DNA of 64,000 nt, from assembly GCA_028023455.1 (NCBI GenBank), contig JAQFVV010000003.1:14198001-14262000 (forward strand). Direction: 5' to 3'. The translations under genes and the position numbers were made by a program. The notes under the pieces were generated by a model. That model was given only the letters and a program-made list of their open reading frames with translations, was not told the origin of the DNA and did no database searches. Source of the stretch: Epiperipatus broadwayi (Eukaryota > Animalia > Onychophora). Positions 13,597-26,879 of this stretch are shown in pieces; position 1 is the stretch's first letter; every line of letters begins with the position of its first letter.

Positions 13597-15354
13597 AGTT
13601 ACAAAATACTTAATATAGAACTTTGTTTCAAAATATTGAATATAGAAAGTGCTAGCTAAGTTTGTCATTATTTAGTCAAAGCATTATGGTATAGTGGTAG
13701 TGCTTATATCTTGGGGTTCAAATCTAAGTTAGATAAGATTCAAACATTTTTTCAGATTTTAGTCAGGCTTAGAATATTTTTTTCAGATAGGTGATCAGTG
13801 GTCATTCGTAGTTAGAAGATGCAATGATGGTAAAGGTGCTAATGCTTTATTAATCATTGTTGCTTTATAGGGGGAGGAGTGCTGTTGGAGGAAATTTTAC
13901 AGTGAGCAATTTAAAAAATGTTTTATGTAAGAAAATGATCAAAATAAAAGTAAAATAAATGGATATGATATAACTAAAGTAAGCAATAAAAAATACAATT
14001 GCTTGATTATAATAAGCCAATCTTATGTTTATAGAAGATAAAAAGAACAAGTATTGAATTTGTTGAGTTATAATTATTTGAAATTGTGATGTAATTATTG
14101 ATGTATCTATATTTATAATAAGATATACTTGTATTGCATATTTTTATAGTAATTGCCATTGGTCAATGTGAAAGTTTAGAAATAGAACCGAGTTTGGGAA
14201 GATCTTTTGCATTATATATTAAGTAGTTGGACATCACCACAGTGGTATTAAAATTCTGAATTAGGAGAGAATTCTAAAAGAGCTAAATTAGAGAAAATAA
14301 ATCATAATTATTATTGTAAGAAATTATGCTAGATTTTGGGCAGAATAAGCTATGATTTTTTGGACCAAGTAAGCACAAGTTAATTGGAAGTGTAGTTTGA
14401 AAATAGCATATTGAAAAGAGATGATGACTTGGGTCACCTAATTTTGTGAAGATTTAAAATTGTGAATTTGTTAATAAAAATGTTTAGTTTATTTGTTCTT
14501 GTATGTGTTTGTTTAAAAATGATTTTAGTGATAATTAAGAATGTGTGTACATATATGGTTTTAAAATAATTAGATTTCAAATTAAATTTGAATTACCTTT
14601 CTTGTCACAATATCTCCTTTATTTTGAGACATTTTGTGTAACATCAAAGAAAATGTTTATTTAAATGTGGGTAGTAACATTGGTCATATTATAAGATATT
14701 TCATTTGAAAAAATGTATACAGCAATATTTGTAAGGATTGGTGGTAAAAGAAGCAGACCAGCAATGGTTGATAAATTCCTATATCAAACACTTGAATGTC
14801 TATCAAAATAGTACATTTTAAGCTTTACAATAGCAGTAATATAGCCATTTCATTGACTTGTTTGTGGGCTTAATTTATAACTCAAGAAATACAATAACTG
14901 GAATTATATCAAATGATCGAATGAAGTTTACAATTTTTTTTTTTTTTTAACCACTGGATGTCTTTATGCTGATATGAAAACCAAGTAGATAATAGATCAT
15001 TTTGGAAAAATGCTATATTCATATTATCATCAGAAGTCAATGCCAGTTTAACAAGCAATTTATAATAATGCAATAGTAATATTTATAGGTGTATGTATAT
15101 TATGTATAGATATATGATTCATTGATTTTTAAATTGAGAAAGGATTGGCAAATATCTATTGATAGTTATGCAATGTGGAAACGAGAGATGTTGATTTGGG
15201 GAATAAAGTTAAAAATGTTGAAGATAACGGAAGCTTATTGAAAGAAGTTAAGAATATAATTAGAAAGAGAACGAAATTATAATTTTAAGAGACCGGATCA
15301 ATGTGTTTCAAATAGGTAATTTAAAATTAAGCTTATTCAATCTTTTTATATATG

Positions 15355-15632
15355 CGAGTTTTTGAGCGTTCAATCGTCAGATTTTCAATGGGATGGACGG
15401 TTGGAGTGGATTGAAGCCTGTCCATTAAAGTATGAAGATTGGCTATCTTAATATATATTTGAGCACTTATTGCATATATGTGTAGAGATGATAATCTGGA
15501 CCAACTGATGATTGCTGGTTTAGCATGGTATACGTGTATTGATTATTTATCTTTTTGACATATGTGTGTTCAAGTATATCAGTGTTATGAGATAGAGTGG
15601 AGAGCAGTGGGTCTGTGCTCATATACCCTAAA
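15355..15632 (-). mobile_element. Reverse-oriented copy of the ~350 bp MITE family
   Basis: The reverse complement contains catgctaaaccagcaatcatcagttggtccagatta and tatattaagatagccaatcttcatactttaatggacaggcttcaa, identical to parts of 23990-24100. Confidence 0.8.
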
Positions 15633-16904
15633 TATTAAAAACTGAAACAAAATAAAACTATAAATAAGATTGTTATTATGCAATCATACCTTCATTTAAA
15701 AAAATCAGAATTATAAGAGGAAATGCGTAATCGTAAACAGTAAACATTAACCGAGGTTAGGAACTTTTAATTTAATATTTATATATGAAAATATTAATTT
15801 TCAAAATATTTCAAACTGTAATTCTCTCACCATGTGATTGAGGGAAAAAGATTTATTAAAAAAACGCGTTGTGATCGACAGGTAGATCGCTATCGACGGG
15901 ATTAATAGTAGTTTATATCTCGCATTTTGCTTAATTCGTTGCTTGGAGTCTTTTTTTTTAATGGCTTCCCAAGCCTTTCTTAAATACTCTTTTCTGATAA
16001 TTTTAGTACTAAGGTGTGACTATTTAGACCACCTGAATCGAGTTTTAGTAATAAATTATTTATTATTTGAAACAATGATTTTTTTTTTTGTAGGTGTGAT
16101 TTAAAAATGATCAAAAAAGATTGGGGGGGGGGGCTGTTATTTTATTTTTCAGCCTTTTATATTGACCTTAGAATGCAGTTGTATTAAGTAGTTGTTGAAT
16201 TGGCCTTTTTTTTCGATCGAAGTTCTAAGGGGCTTAGTTGAATAGTTAAATCTGTTTGAATTGATAATTGGAAGCAAAGCTGAATGCTATATGGTTGAAT
16301 TACCTTGGAGATAATGAACCTCTAGGTTTTCTCCCTCTATAGTTCCTCCCCCAAGTCTTTTTTTATTACTGCCTTGAAACTAGAAGCTTATTAACCTAAA
16401 ACATAAATCATGACCGGCAGTTGGAGTTTAGAATTGATGAATAGTCTAGTTCATCTGAAGTTCAGCCTAAATGGATTCTTTTGATGTTGTATAAATTAGA
16501 CCATGTTGGACTGCTTTTATAAATTCACTCCCAAGAGTTTGTGTGTATACATATCAGATTTAAGTACAATGATTTGATTTGTTATCTTGGTGTGCGCAAT
16601 AATTAAGAAAAAAATATTATATCAGGAGCAAAAAATAAAAAAGCTGTATCAAGAATTTGATTTGCTACGTCATTAAATTTATTGTGGAGTTTGGGGGAGG
16701 GGGAACATAACATTGCAACAATAATGTATATATATGTTAGAACCAATAATGATGACTTATGCTAGCATTACATTTTTCATGTGATGTAACAGAAATTAAA
16801 ATATATGTATAGACAAACTTAATTATTTCATAATCACTCAACATTAATTTTTGTTTTAAATCATATTAGCTTTCGAATTTTATGATCTGTGGCCACTAAC
16901 AGAT

Positions 16905-17170
16905 ATATATACACAGTGCTTTCTTGTAAAATGGTGACTGACTCAATCTCCAAACTGCCAGCAGCAGCATCTCTGGGTCATGAGTCATAGTTTTGTATTT
17001 TTGTAAATCATCTTTAATGCTCTCCTTGTCATAGCAAACTTCTTGAAAACGTTTTTGTGACTCATAACTTTATTGCTATGCATACTTTGAAATATTTTGC
17101 GTTTCAGCAGTTGTTCCATTGTAGGTTAAGGTACAAAAAATGTACTGACACATTTCACATTATAAACCTG
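16905..17170 (-). mobile_element. Tc1/mariner relic (N-terminal HTH fragment)
   Basis: Frameshifted minus-strand peptides NGTTAET, SNKVMSHKNVFK and ESIKDD resemble the mariner N-terminus (GKSATET...GDEVMSRARVFEW...GRESIEDD). Confidence 0.45.
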
Positions 17171-17344
17171 TGGTCCAGACATCAAGCACCTTAACATTTT
17201 TCTGGTTAATACCTAATGGTCAGAAATGATGCTCTTATTGTGTCACAATGCATATACCGACAAATAAGTGAATTATTATTTTTAGCTATTATCGATACCA
17301 TGCAGAACAATCTTTCCAAATCTAATTCAATTTGTTGATTCATA

Positions 17345-18850
17345 GCTTCTTTTTTTCCAAATTATTTTAGTAAATTTTCTTATCCATTCATCTTGTATAT
17401 GGTCTTTTTCAATCTCTTGAAATCCAGTTTAAGGCTTCAATTACCTATCTACTATCTACTATCATCTCTTCTGGCAATATGATCAGCCCAGCTTTACTTT
17501 AGCTTCTTAATTTATTAGTAATTATTTGTTCTTTCATTCCCATATTTCACTTTTAATCGTTTGTTAGTCCCAGATACATTCTCCATATTTTGTTATGTAG
17601 TTTGAAGTTTTTGTGTTAATCTTCTATTAACCATTCATGTCTTAGATCCATAGCATAAATTAATGTAACTATTAAAAACTTCCCCTTTTAAATACATTGG
17701 TATATTTTCATTAAATATTAGTGTATATCTATTAAAAGCATTTCATTCAAGTTTAATTCTATGATTAATTTCATTCGTTGTGTATATTTCATCTGTTTTA
17801 ATAATTTGGCTTACGGGTTTTCAATTGTTAGCTTTTTTTAATTCATGATCGACAATCTTTATTCTGTGAAAAACCATTGAACATTACTTTAGTCTTTGTC
17901 ATTAATTCTATTTTTTTTTACTTTCATTGTTTAACTCTTGTAACATTTTGTGAAATGTTATTTGGAAAAAAAAACACATACAAAAATCTAAATCTTCATT
18001 TTTGCTCCTTATATTAATGCACTAAATATAGAACTGCTGTAAAAAGTTTTGTCGATATGAAATTTCCTGAATGTACTTCTTTATCAATGTTAATTTTAGT
18101 GATATTATTTCATCTAAATTAGTGTTGTAGAATTTTAACAAATATTTGTCCATGACATTATCTCAGGTCTATATCTTTTATGTTCCAAAGTTTTAATTAA
18201 TGTGGAAATAGTGTATAGAAGTAATGAAAGATTTGTAATTATCTTATTTTTCACCATTTCAAAATATCAATATTTAACTTCCTTTTTTCAATCATCTACC
18301 TGGTACATCTTTATTACTTAGGAATTTGGTATGTAGTTTTACTAACAATTTCTCTTATTTTTTCATCTGCTTTTTTCATCAACTACTAATCTATCTGTCA
18401 TAGTTTTAATTGCATGTCTCACGTTATTTAAAATTGCTTGGCAATTCAAATGTAATTGAAGGAGATATTTGTTTTCTTATTGTTTATTACTATATAATCC
18501 TTTGTAAAATTCTTTTATACATTTTAAGGTATACCTCTTTTTAGTATTAGGGCTATCTTCTTAGTGCTCAAGCAACTTTTCTTTATTACAAAGAATTTTA
18601 TTTCAGAATTTGAAGATTTTTATTTTCTTCTATAGCTTTCTTTGTTAATTCACTGTATTTTCTTAGGCTTTAACTTATTTTCAAACTATTTGATAAAATT
18701 CCAGATGTTTAATTCTTCTTGATGGTTCATTTTTAAAATTTTCATATTCTTTTTTCCCATCATACATTGTCCTGGTTTCACTTGGAAATTTATTGAGTGA
18801 ATTGTTGCATTTTTGTATTGTTATCTAACAAGTATTATAGTATTTTATTT
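17345..18850 (-). mobile_element. Old degenerate RTE LINE relic
   Basis: Patchy similarity to the full-length RTE, e.g. caatctcttgaaatcc, atcatctcttctggcaatatg..cagccca and ttaattctatgattaatttc; no intact ORF. Confidence 0.7.
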
Positions 18851-19129
18851 AAAGAATTTTAGCTAATTTTTTCTTAATAATAATCTTAAAATGAATGCAA
18901 ATGTAATAACTTTAATTTCAAATTTATCAGAAGTATTCAATTGTATATGAGAATCTAACTATTGTATGAGCATATATCAGCTGTTTAAATACATTCATAA
19001 GTACTCATTTTCTCTATATAATGTGTATTCTTTTTTTCTTCAGTCTACAGTTCCATTTCTTTTAAGGATTGTTTAAAATATAATTTGAGAATACTGTAGG
19101 AAACTAGAAAAGCTATTAAATGTGTGAAA

Positions 19130-20842
19130 TGTATATAAAAGAATGCCCACCCTCATTAAAATTAACAGGAACCAGATATCTGATCTTAGATCGGATTGAA
19201 TATTCATCACCAATAACCAATATGCGTATTATTAGTTAGTACATTAGCCAATGACTTACATGGACCAATAGGTGATGGTGCTTGCTCAATCCGAATGTGT
19301 ACAGTCTGGATGGGGACCTGGAAATAAATAGAGAATGTATTAAAGTAGAGTTCAGTTTATATATTACAACACAGAATGCATTAAATTATGAACTAATAAT
19401 AACTTTAAGCTTTTCGTGCTCTGAGAGTCTTGGTTATTTCAATATATCTATATATGTTATGCTACTCATACTCCTATAGGCCTGATTGGAAATTATTGTA
19501 TAGAGTCAGAACATAGCAGTTGGTGCAGTTGACAGAATAGAAATAACTTTCAAACAATAGTTATTGTCAGAGCACATGTAATCAATAAAAAGATGGACTA
19601 GCTAAGTCATAGTAAGGAATATGGCTACAGTACAATTAGGAATAGGTGAAGTCGATGTAAATAACCTTTCCAAGTGGCCCATAGATATCAGATGTATAGA
19701 GAAATATTTTATAGTTAATAAAACTAATGATGATGTAACAAAAATTGCCACATTACTTCTTTTCAGAGGATCGAGAATAATTGAGGTTGCAAACTGATTA
19801 TGTGAATCTGAAGATCCCGAGAGTCTGCCTTATAGTGAATTACTTAATTGACTTAATAATCATTTTAGCCTGGAGCCATCTAAACACATAATCTCACCTA
19901 TATTTGTGGAATAGACACCAAGTGAGGGGGGAAAATTGCAGGGATTTTGATGTAGCCATGAGAGACTTGGCAAGTGATTATGCGTATGGAGAGTACTTAG
20001 AAGAAGCATTATTGGAACAGAGCGATGAAAGGCTTCAGCAGTTATTAGCCATCTCAGACCTAATATATTCTGAGGCCATAAAAAGGGGCACGACTTATGA
20101 GTGGGTTGTAAGTAATGCTAAAGAATTCCAACAGGCTAATATGGACAGTACCAAACAAATGACAAGCAAGGCAGAAGACTCACCAAGTGAGAAAAGTGAA
20201 TGCTACCGCTGCGGAAAAGTTGGACATTTTTCACGCGAATGCAGATGAAAAAGTACTAAATGTAACAACTGGAAAAATTGGCCACCTAGCAAAGTTCTGC
20301 CACAGGATGTATCAAGTTTTGCTAAAAAAAATTCGAAAGAAAAATTGATGGAAATAAAGAAAGCAGATGCCGCCGACATCATCACCAGCCGGCATAGTTA
20401 AGGGACTACATATGTGACTCCAGAGATGCATGATGGAGTAGGGAGTAGTGAAATGTATGTGATAGAATGCCCACACTTGTTAAAAATGAACAGAAACCAG
20501 ATATTATTTGATCTTAAATCGGATTGAGTATTTATTGTCTAGAATTAATATGCATATTATTAGTTAATATATTAGCCAATGACTTAAATGGACCAATAGG
20601 TGATGATGCTCGCTCAATCTGAATGTTTACAGTCTGGATGGGGACCTGGAAATAAATAGCAAGTGTATTAAAATAGAGTTCAGTTTATATATTACAATGC
20701 AGAGTGCATTAAATTATAAACTAGTAATAAGTTTAACCTTTCCGTGCTCTCGAGAGTCTGTTGGTTATTTCAAGATATCTATATGTTATTCTACTCATAC
20801 TTCTATAGGCCTGATCACAAATTATTGTATAGGGTCAGAACA
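19130..20842 (+). mobile_element. Non-autonomous Ty3/gypsy-type LTR element: two ~385 bp LTRs around a gag-only interior
   Basis: Direct repeats ~19130-19513 and ~20454-20842 run TGT...ACA, with purine tract ggagtagggag before the 3' LTR. Interior decayed gag runs from ATG 19621 (MATVQLGIGEVD...KYF) to zinc knuckle CYRCGKVGHFSREC. No pol sequence. Confidence 0.85.
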
Positions 20843-21628
20843 TAGATTGAAACACAAATGGTCATCTTGAAATTGTATTATTTTTGTCATGTTATGATAT
20901 AATTCATTAGAAAAGCATATAATGTTAAAAAATGTTGCTTGAGGAATATACTTGCAATGAAATGGAGAGATTTCATTATTATAGTAATGAGTCATTGAAG
21001 ATATATGGTGAATCAATTTTGAGAAATGATATTGATATATGTTAGGAATCAACATTAATTTGATGGTATCTAACATCAAAATCTCTTATGGTGGAAAATG
21101 TCATTTCTTAATATCTTCACTAAATTTCATATTCAGTTTAGAGAAAAATATACAGTGATCCAATCATTAGAGGATTCAAAAACTCCATCTTGGATTACAG
21201 TGATTTATTAGCTGGTGTCATGAAGCAATTACAGTATTGATACAAATGCATTGCAGTTAACAGCATTGTCCAATATATGTAATTTGTACAATAATGTTTT
21301 AGAGCCTTATATATTTCGTAAAATTTAAATATATTTGTTTTTAATATTCAGGTGTATGTAAGTAATTATTAAGATTTCTACAAAAATTTGCTAATAGTAG
21401 TTATTTGTTAAATGTAAGTAATATTTAATTGTAAATATTGAAAAAGTTTTAGAAACTTGTGTTGGAGAGAAAAGTAAAAAAAAAAAAGTTCATTGAAAAT
21501 TTAGGTCAATTAAATTTGATTCTTCATTTACAGTATAGTGAGTTTTTAATATGTCTTTGAATGTGTCTGTGTGTGTGGGGGGGGTACCTTAACTTGCCTG
21601 AATTATATACTATTATTTTAATTTTTAG

Positions 21629-21679
21629 AAACCAGAATCATCTGGGCCTCAAAAAGGACGAGGACGTCCAAAAAAACGG
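21629..21679 (+). CDS. HMGA: HMGA exon with the last AT-hook
   Basis: ttttag|AAA...CGG|gtaag; 51 nt, phase 0-0; KPESSGPQKGRGRPKKR, the same length as recalled HMGA2 exon 3 KAEATGEKRPRGRPRKW. Confidence 0.93.
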
Positions 21680-23872
21680 GTAAGTTTTTTTTTTTTGCAC
21701 GTGTGTGTGCATGCATAATTGGAAAATCTTTTATCTTTTTTATTTGAATGAATATTTAATAACCTTAAACTTGTTAGACGATTAAAAAAGCAGATAACTC
21801 CAACTAATACTGAAGCGTTTGGTTTGTTATAAATTCATAGTAGACTATTTGAGAAATGTTTAGTTAAAACAGCAGCTTCTAAACTTAAACAGCAATCTAC
21901 TAAGATAAAATTATTATTATTATTATTTTGTCACTAAAGTACATCTTTGAATAATTGTTTTTGCAGTATAGGCAATGTTATTGGAAATGTTGTAAAGCAT
22001 ATTTATTTGAAATTTATTTTCACAAAATTTAAATAGAAGAAAATAGTAAATGCCCTATAATTAAGTTTTATTTGCTAATGTAATGAGATTTCTCCATAAA
22101 TGTGATTGCTCCATTCTTGATCTTTAGTGATAAATCTATAGTATGTTTTAAGTTAAAATTGCATATACATATTAAGTCCACAACAAAATAAATTTTGTTA
22201 TAAAGTATTTAATATGTATGTATTTAACATGCTATTGCTACTTTTTAACATATATAAATATTTAAAAATTAATATAGAATTTAAATATAAGCAAAAGTAA
22301 TTAATAAAAAAATAAAAGTTTTGTCTAGTAGACAAAAAGCCCTACATTATATGTAGCAGATAATTTTTTTAAAAAGAAAATAAATTCATGTTGCTGTTAT
22401 ATTTTTTAAAAATTATTGAACATTAAGTGGAAGGAAAAATAAGATTGCTAATTGTATTCTTTGCCAGTGAAAGTTGAAGATCATAAAATGCAAAAAAAAA
22501 ACTTACAATATCTAAATTAATATTTAAATTATCTGATTTTAAGCAGTTTTTTTTATCTAAATAACACAAGTTATTCATGATATTTTACAATAAAATAATG
22601 TGTGTAATGATTGCAATGTTAATTAAAAAATTACCCCCCCCTCCCATTAAATTTATTTTTTATACATTTTCAAGTTATGATTAAGTAGTAGAGGTGATAT
22701 TGAGTTGGTAAATATAGCAGCCTCACTGTAAATGAAAACTGCATCATATTTGCTTAAAAATTTTTTTTTTATATATATTAATCAACAATATTAAAAAATT
22801 TACAATATTTATTTTTATTTTATTTTTTACATATTTATATTTTCATTTATTCTTAAAATATATCCTTAGTATTAGCTGAGAATATATTTTTAAAAAAAAA
22901 ATACTAAAATGGTATTCTATATGTGTGTGAGATACAAATGATTGTTTTAAATTTTATTAACAATAAATGCCTTAAGTATATCTGCTGCATGATATAAGCA
23001 TAGATATCATGTTATTTTGTTGGCATATAGGATCCTAGTCAATGGATATAAAATTGTAATCTCTAAAATTAATGACCATCGTCAGATCTATTTGTCTTGG
23101 CTTTAAAGATTTTATCTTGGTGAGCCTTAGAATGTTTTTGAATTTTATCATAATAATATAAAAGTAAAAAGTGGCTGTTTAATGTAAAGTTTTGAGATAA
23201 ATAGGGAATCAGATACTGTGATTAAGTAATTACTCGATCATCAATGCTTTGTCTTTACACATTTTATTCTAGTTTCTCTAAGTATTTAAAACATTATGAT
23301 ACCATAGTTTAATATCTTTACATCATTAAGAATATTTGAATTACAAACTTTTATTAGGATCAAAGACTTATAAAAGTAGTGTGAAGCACAGGTAGAGTAT
23401 TAGATATTTCATTTATAAGAATCAATTTGAATGAATGTGGATTATATTTAGTATATTTCGGTAGTTTTATATTTTTGAAATGTGAGATAGTGATATTTAA
23501 TCTTTGAAGTGTAAATAAATTTGAAATAGTTTAATTTTGGAATAGAAAATATAATTTATATCATAGAATTGATAGGTTATTTGAAACAAACTAATATATT
23601 TTGAATAAATTAAAATTCTAGCATATGTTTGGTAGCCATTTTTTCACAACTGACCTACTATTCCCAGTTGTGTTGATTGCAAGGTAATGGGATTTTTAAT
23701 TGTTAAAAAAGATTGCTCTTCCCTTTGTTTATAATTGGTTAGGTTTGCAAACATTTAGTCAGTCATAATAACTCCACTACAAATTTTTTTATTATATTTT
23801 TTACTATAATCATGAAAGATGTCAGTTATTCTAGGTAGTCATTTTCAATTTATTTCAAAATTTTAATATATA

Positions 23873-24222
23873 AGGGATTCAAACTGAGACTTTCATTGAC
23901 CCGCAACTCTCCAAGCCATCTCATATTGCTGACCCACCTGATCTCACACATGTTGAAAAGATAAATAATCACCAATATACATAATACATGCTAAACCAGC
24001 AATCATCAGTTGGTCCAGATTACTATCTCCACACATATATACAACAGTGCTCAACTTTATATTAAGATAGCCAATCTTCATACTTTAATGGACAGGCTTC
24101 AAACTACTCCAACCCACAACTCTTCAGCCATCCATTTCATTGAAAATCTGATGATGAAACAAATGTTCAAAGCCCATGTTTGGAGAGTTGAGAGTCATGT
24201 TAAAGTCTGAGTTCGAGTCCCT
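23873..24222 (+). mobile_element. Complete ~350 bp MITE with ~45 bp TIRs, TA-flanked
   Basis: Left agggattcaaactgagactttcattgacccgcaactctccaa versus reverse complement of right ttggagagttgagagtcatgttaaagtctgagttcgagtccct; TA on both sides. Confidence 0.75.
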
Positions 24223-24800
24223 TATATATTACATTTTATATGTACAGGTGTGTGTAAGCCTGTACAGTGTATTCAAAATTTTAAGTTTTGATCATTGTCT
24301 AAGTTTGTTTGAATCAGACATTTTTAAAAAGTGCAAGAATCATGGCAAATTATAGTAATGTAAAAAGTGAATTAAGTGAAAATTGGTATTTAATTAAAAT
24401 GTCAAATTTTTGTAAATGCTTACTGTATCTTTATATAAATAGGAAAAAATGTAAATAATGATTAGTTCAATTATAAATCAGTTCTCAATTGTCCCAGTTC
24501 TTATGCTTTCGATACTACTACTTTTCTGTTGTAGCATTCATGTTAGAAGTCATAAATTTTTGGGTAATATTGTTTTGGTTGGTGTTAAACTGCTTGACTA
24601 AATATTAACCTATGCAATAATTTGTTCAGCTGTTATTTGATTGCAATTGGTTCTGCAAGTTGTATTAATCTTTAATGAATGCAGTCATCATTCTTGAGTT
24701 TTTTGATCTTTAATTTTAGTATGAGAGATAATTGAAAGATATGTGAAACGTTTATTTATTTAGAGTGCTAAGCACATTATAAGGTAAAACTGGAATAAAT

Positions 24801-24989
24801 TTAGTTTGCTCAACAGTCTATAAATCAAAACTGTTGTATATGAACATCTTAAATAATTCTCATCTCAGTTCCTTAACATTAACACTTTTTCTATTTTTAC
24901 TATTTTCTTAATTAAGGAACTGAGATGATCATCATTTAAGATGTTCATATACAATATAGTTTTGATTTATGGTCTGTTGGGCAAACTAA
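24801..24989. repeat. Long hairpin / small MITE (~76 bp arms, 35 bp spacer)
   Basis: 24801-24876 is a near reverse complement of 24912-24989. Confidence 0.85.
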
Positions 24990-25391
24990 CTTTAGTTCTG
25001 TTTTATCTAAAGATAATTATGATGTGCATGACTGATTATAGAATGTGTGAAGAGGGACTCTAAATAAACATTTTACATATCTTTTAATTATCTCTTATCT
25101 AAAATCAAAGTGTTTCATCAAAGAACAACAAAAACAAAAAGGTTGGAAAATTTTTCTCTTGTTTTGAAACTGACAATTTTCTATCAGATACTCCTTTTAT
25201 CATTTACTCAGGATTATTTCTGCAAAAAAGAAAATCTTGATATGCATTTCCATTTCTATGTATATGAATGCTATACCTATAAGTGTATATGTGCATATAA
25301 TAAATAATTTTGCTTATCATTTTTTGTAGTGCATTTTGAACCACTTCTAATCATTATTATAGCATAAAATAAATAGTTGTGGAACATTTAA

Positions 25392-25674
25392 AATAAATTC
25401 TTTAAATTTAGCACCATAGAGAACTATAGACATACTTCTGTTTTTTATTACCAATAATATTAGTATGTATAAATATATATATATAACTGCATGTGGAGTT
25501 AATTTTAATAATTGCCATTGAAAAATCTAATAAATTCTTTAAATTTAGCACCATAGAGAACTATAGATATACTTCTGTTTTTTATTATCAATAATGTTAG
25601 TATGTTTATAAATATATATATATGACTGCATGTGGAGTTAATTTTAATAAATGCCATTGAAAAATCTAATAAAT
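25392..25674 (+). repeat. Tandem duplication, ~137 bp x2
   Basis: aataaattctttaaatttagcaccatagagaactataga... starts at both 25392 and 25529. Confidence 0.9.
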
Positions 25675-25785
25675 CATATTTCATGCAGCTATAATTTAAT
25701 TTGTTATACAGTTAAGTTATATTTAAATATATGACATTTTGGATTAAAAATTATGTAACATGCTAATTTTCATATTTGTTTTTAG

Positions 25786-25881
25786 GAGACAGAGAGTAGT
25801 GACAAGGCTCCCGGCAGTGGCTCTGGTAGTGGATCAAGTGAAGAAGAAGAGGAGGAGGAGGAAGAAGAAGAAGAAAATTAA
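25786..25881 (+). CDS. HMGA: HMGA terminal coding exon (acidic tail)
   Basis: tttag|GAG...AAT TAA, phase 0; ETESSDKAPGSGSGSGSSEEEEEEEEEEEEN*, the acidic C-terminus typical of HMGA. Confidence 0.9.
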   Translation, partial: ETESSDKAPGSGSGSGSSEEEEEEEEEEEEN

Positions 25882-26871
25882 TAAGACTACTATGTTTTTT
25901 TAAAATGCCATCTCCTAACTACCAACTGCAATACTCGATCATGTAGGGTGGGTCAAATACTCAGTTACATAATTCACTCTTCTATTGTAGCTAGGTTTAA
26001 AAAAACAAAACAAAAAAAGAATTAGAGCAAAATATTAAAATTGACATACCTTACATGGTTCTGGTCTGCAGTAAACCTCATGGACCTGGCAGAATATACT
26101 GTCATAATCACATGACCAAGGGTGGCCATTACAATTTCCGCCATATTGGTGGGATCTTCGCCAGCATTTATTATTTTTTTTTGTATGTTTTTTACAAGTT
26201 ATTTTGTACATTACATCATTATTATTTCTAACCTGTTCTTGAAAGTTAGTCGCATCGTAAATTGTAATGTTGGTCCAGTGCTTGTGAGAACTTTGGTTCA
26301 TTCTTGTAAACTTCGCTGGCTTCCTGCCACATTACTATGGCTACAGATAAAACGGTTTACCATTGTTGACGTGATTTTGCCAGTTAGTTGGCTTAGGAAG
26401 GGAGGGGGGAGGGAATATATTTTCTAGCAGGAATTTTAAACTGCAAAATTCTTTTATATTTGTGTATATATATATAATTTACTTATACAGTTTCACATAA
26501 TTTTTCTTAATAACTAATTAATCTTGTAACCAAACTTAGTTATCTTTGTTTTTTTTTAATGTAATTAATTATTCAGGAAAACTATTATTAAGTGAACCAG
26601 TTCCAACATTAGATTCTGGAAGCATTGGGAACAATCTACATAGCTTTAATCAATGGTGCTACAGCGGAACGATAAACGGCCAACATCCATTTTACTCAGA
26701 CACCCATACACACATATATTTTTCAAAAGTCCTATATTATTATTGTTTTTTTAATATCGTGTAGACGTTGAAAGATTGGATTGTGTAGTATTTTGAAATA
26801 TTTTTGTATTTTATATTAAACTGCTTGATGAAATTAAAAAAAAAACAACAACTTGATTTGTCTAGTTTGAA

Positions 26872-26879
26872 CTACCTCA
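26872..26879 (+). promoter_or_regulatory. let-7 8-mer seed site in the presumed HMGA 3' UTR
   Basis: CTACCTCA in context gaACTACCTCAca. Confidence 0.7.

Noticed and set aside
13686-13732. tRNA gene (A-box tggtatagtgg, B-box ggttcaaatc)
   Set aside because: The spacing is too short and there is no cloverleaf; at most a decayed tRNA-derived SINE head.
15865-15900. CpG cluster gatcgacaggtagatcgctatcgacggg as an intronic promoter
   Set aside because: It resembles the GATCGAC-rich subterminal motif of Buster-type hATs, so it is probably a short TE relic; not enough evidence either way.
24147-24180. Hammerhead-like CTGATGA in the MITE family, and CTGAAGA...GAAA near 61153
   Set aside because: No convincing stem II, or GAAAC plus stem III, could be drawn.
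26035-26427. Overlapping ORFs in the GC-richer block after the HMGA stop
   Set aside because: No recognisable homology or splice context; better explained as 3' UTR.
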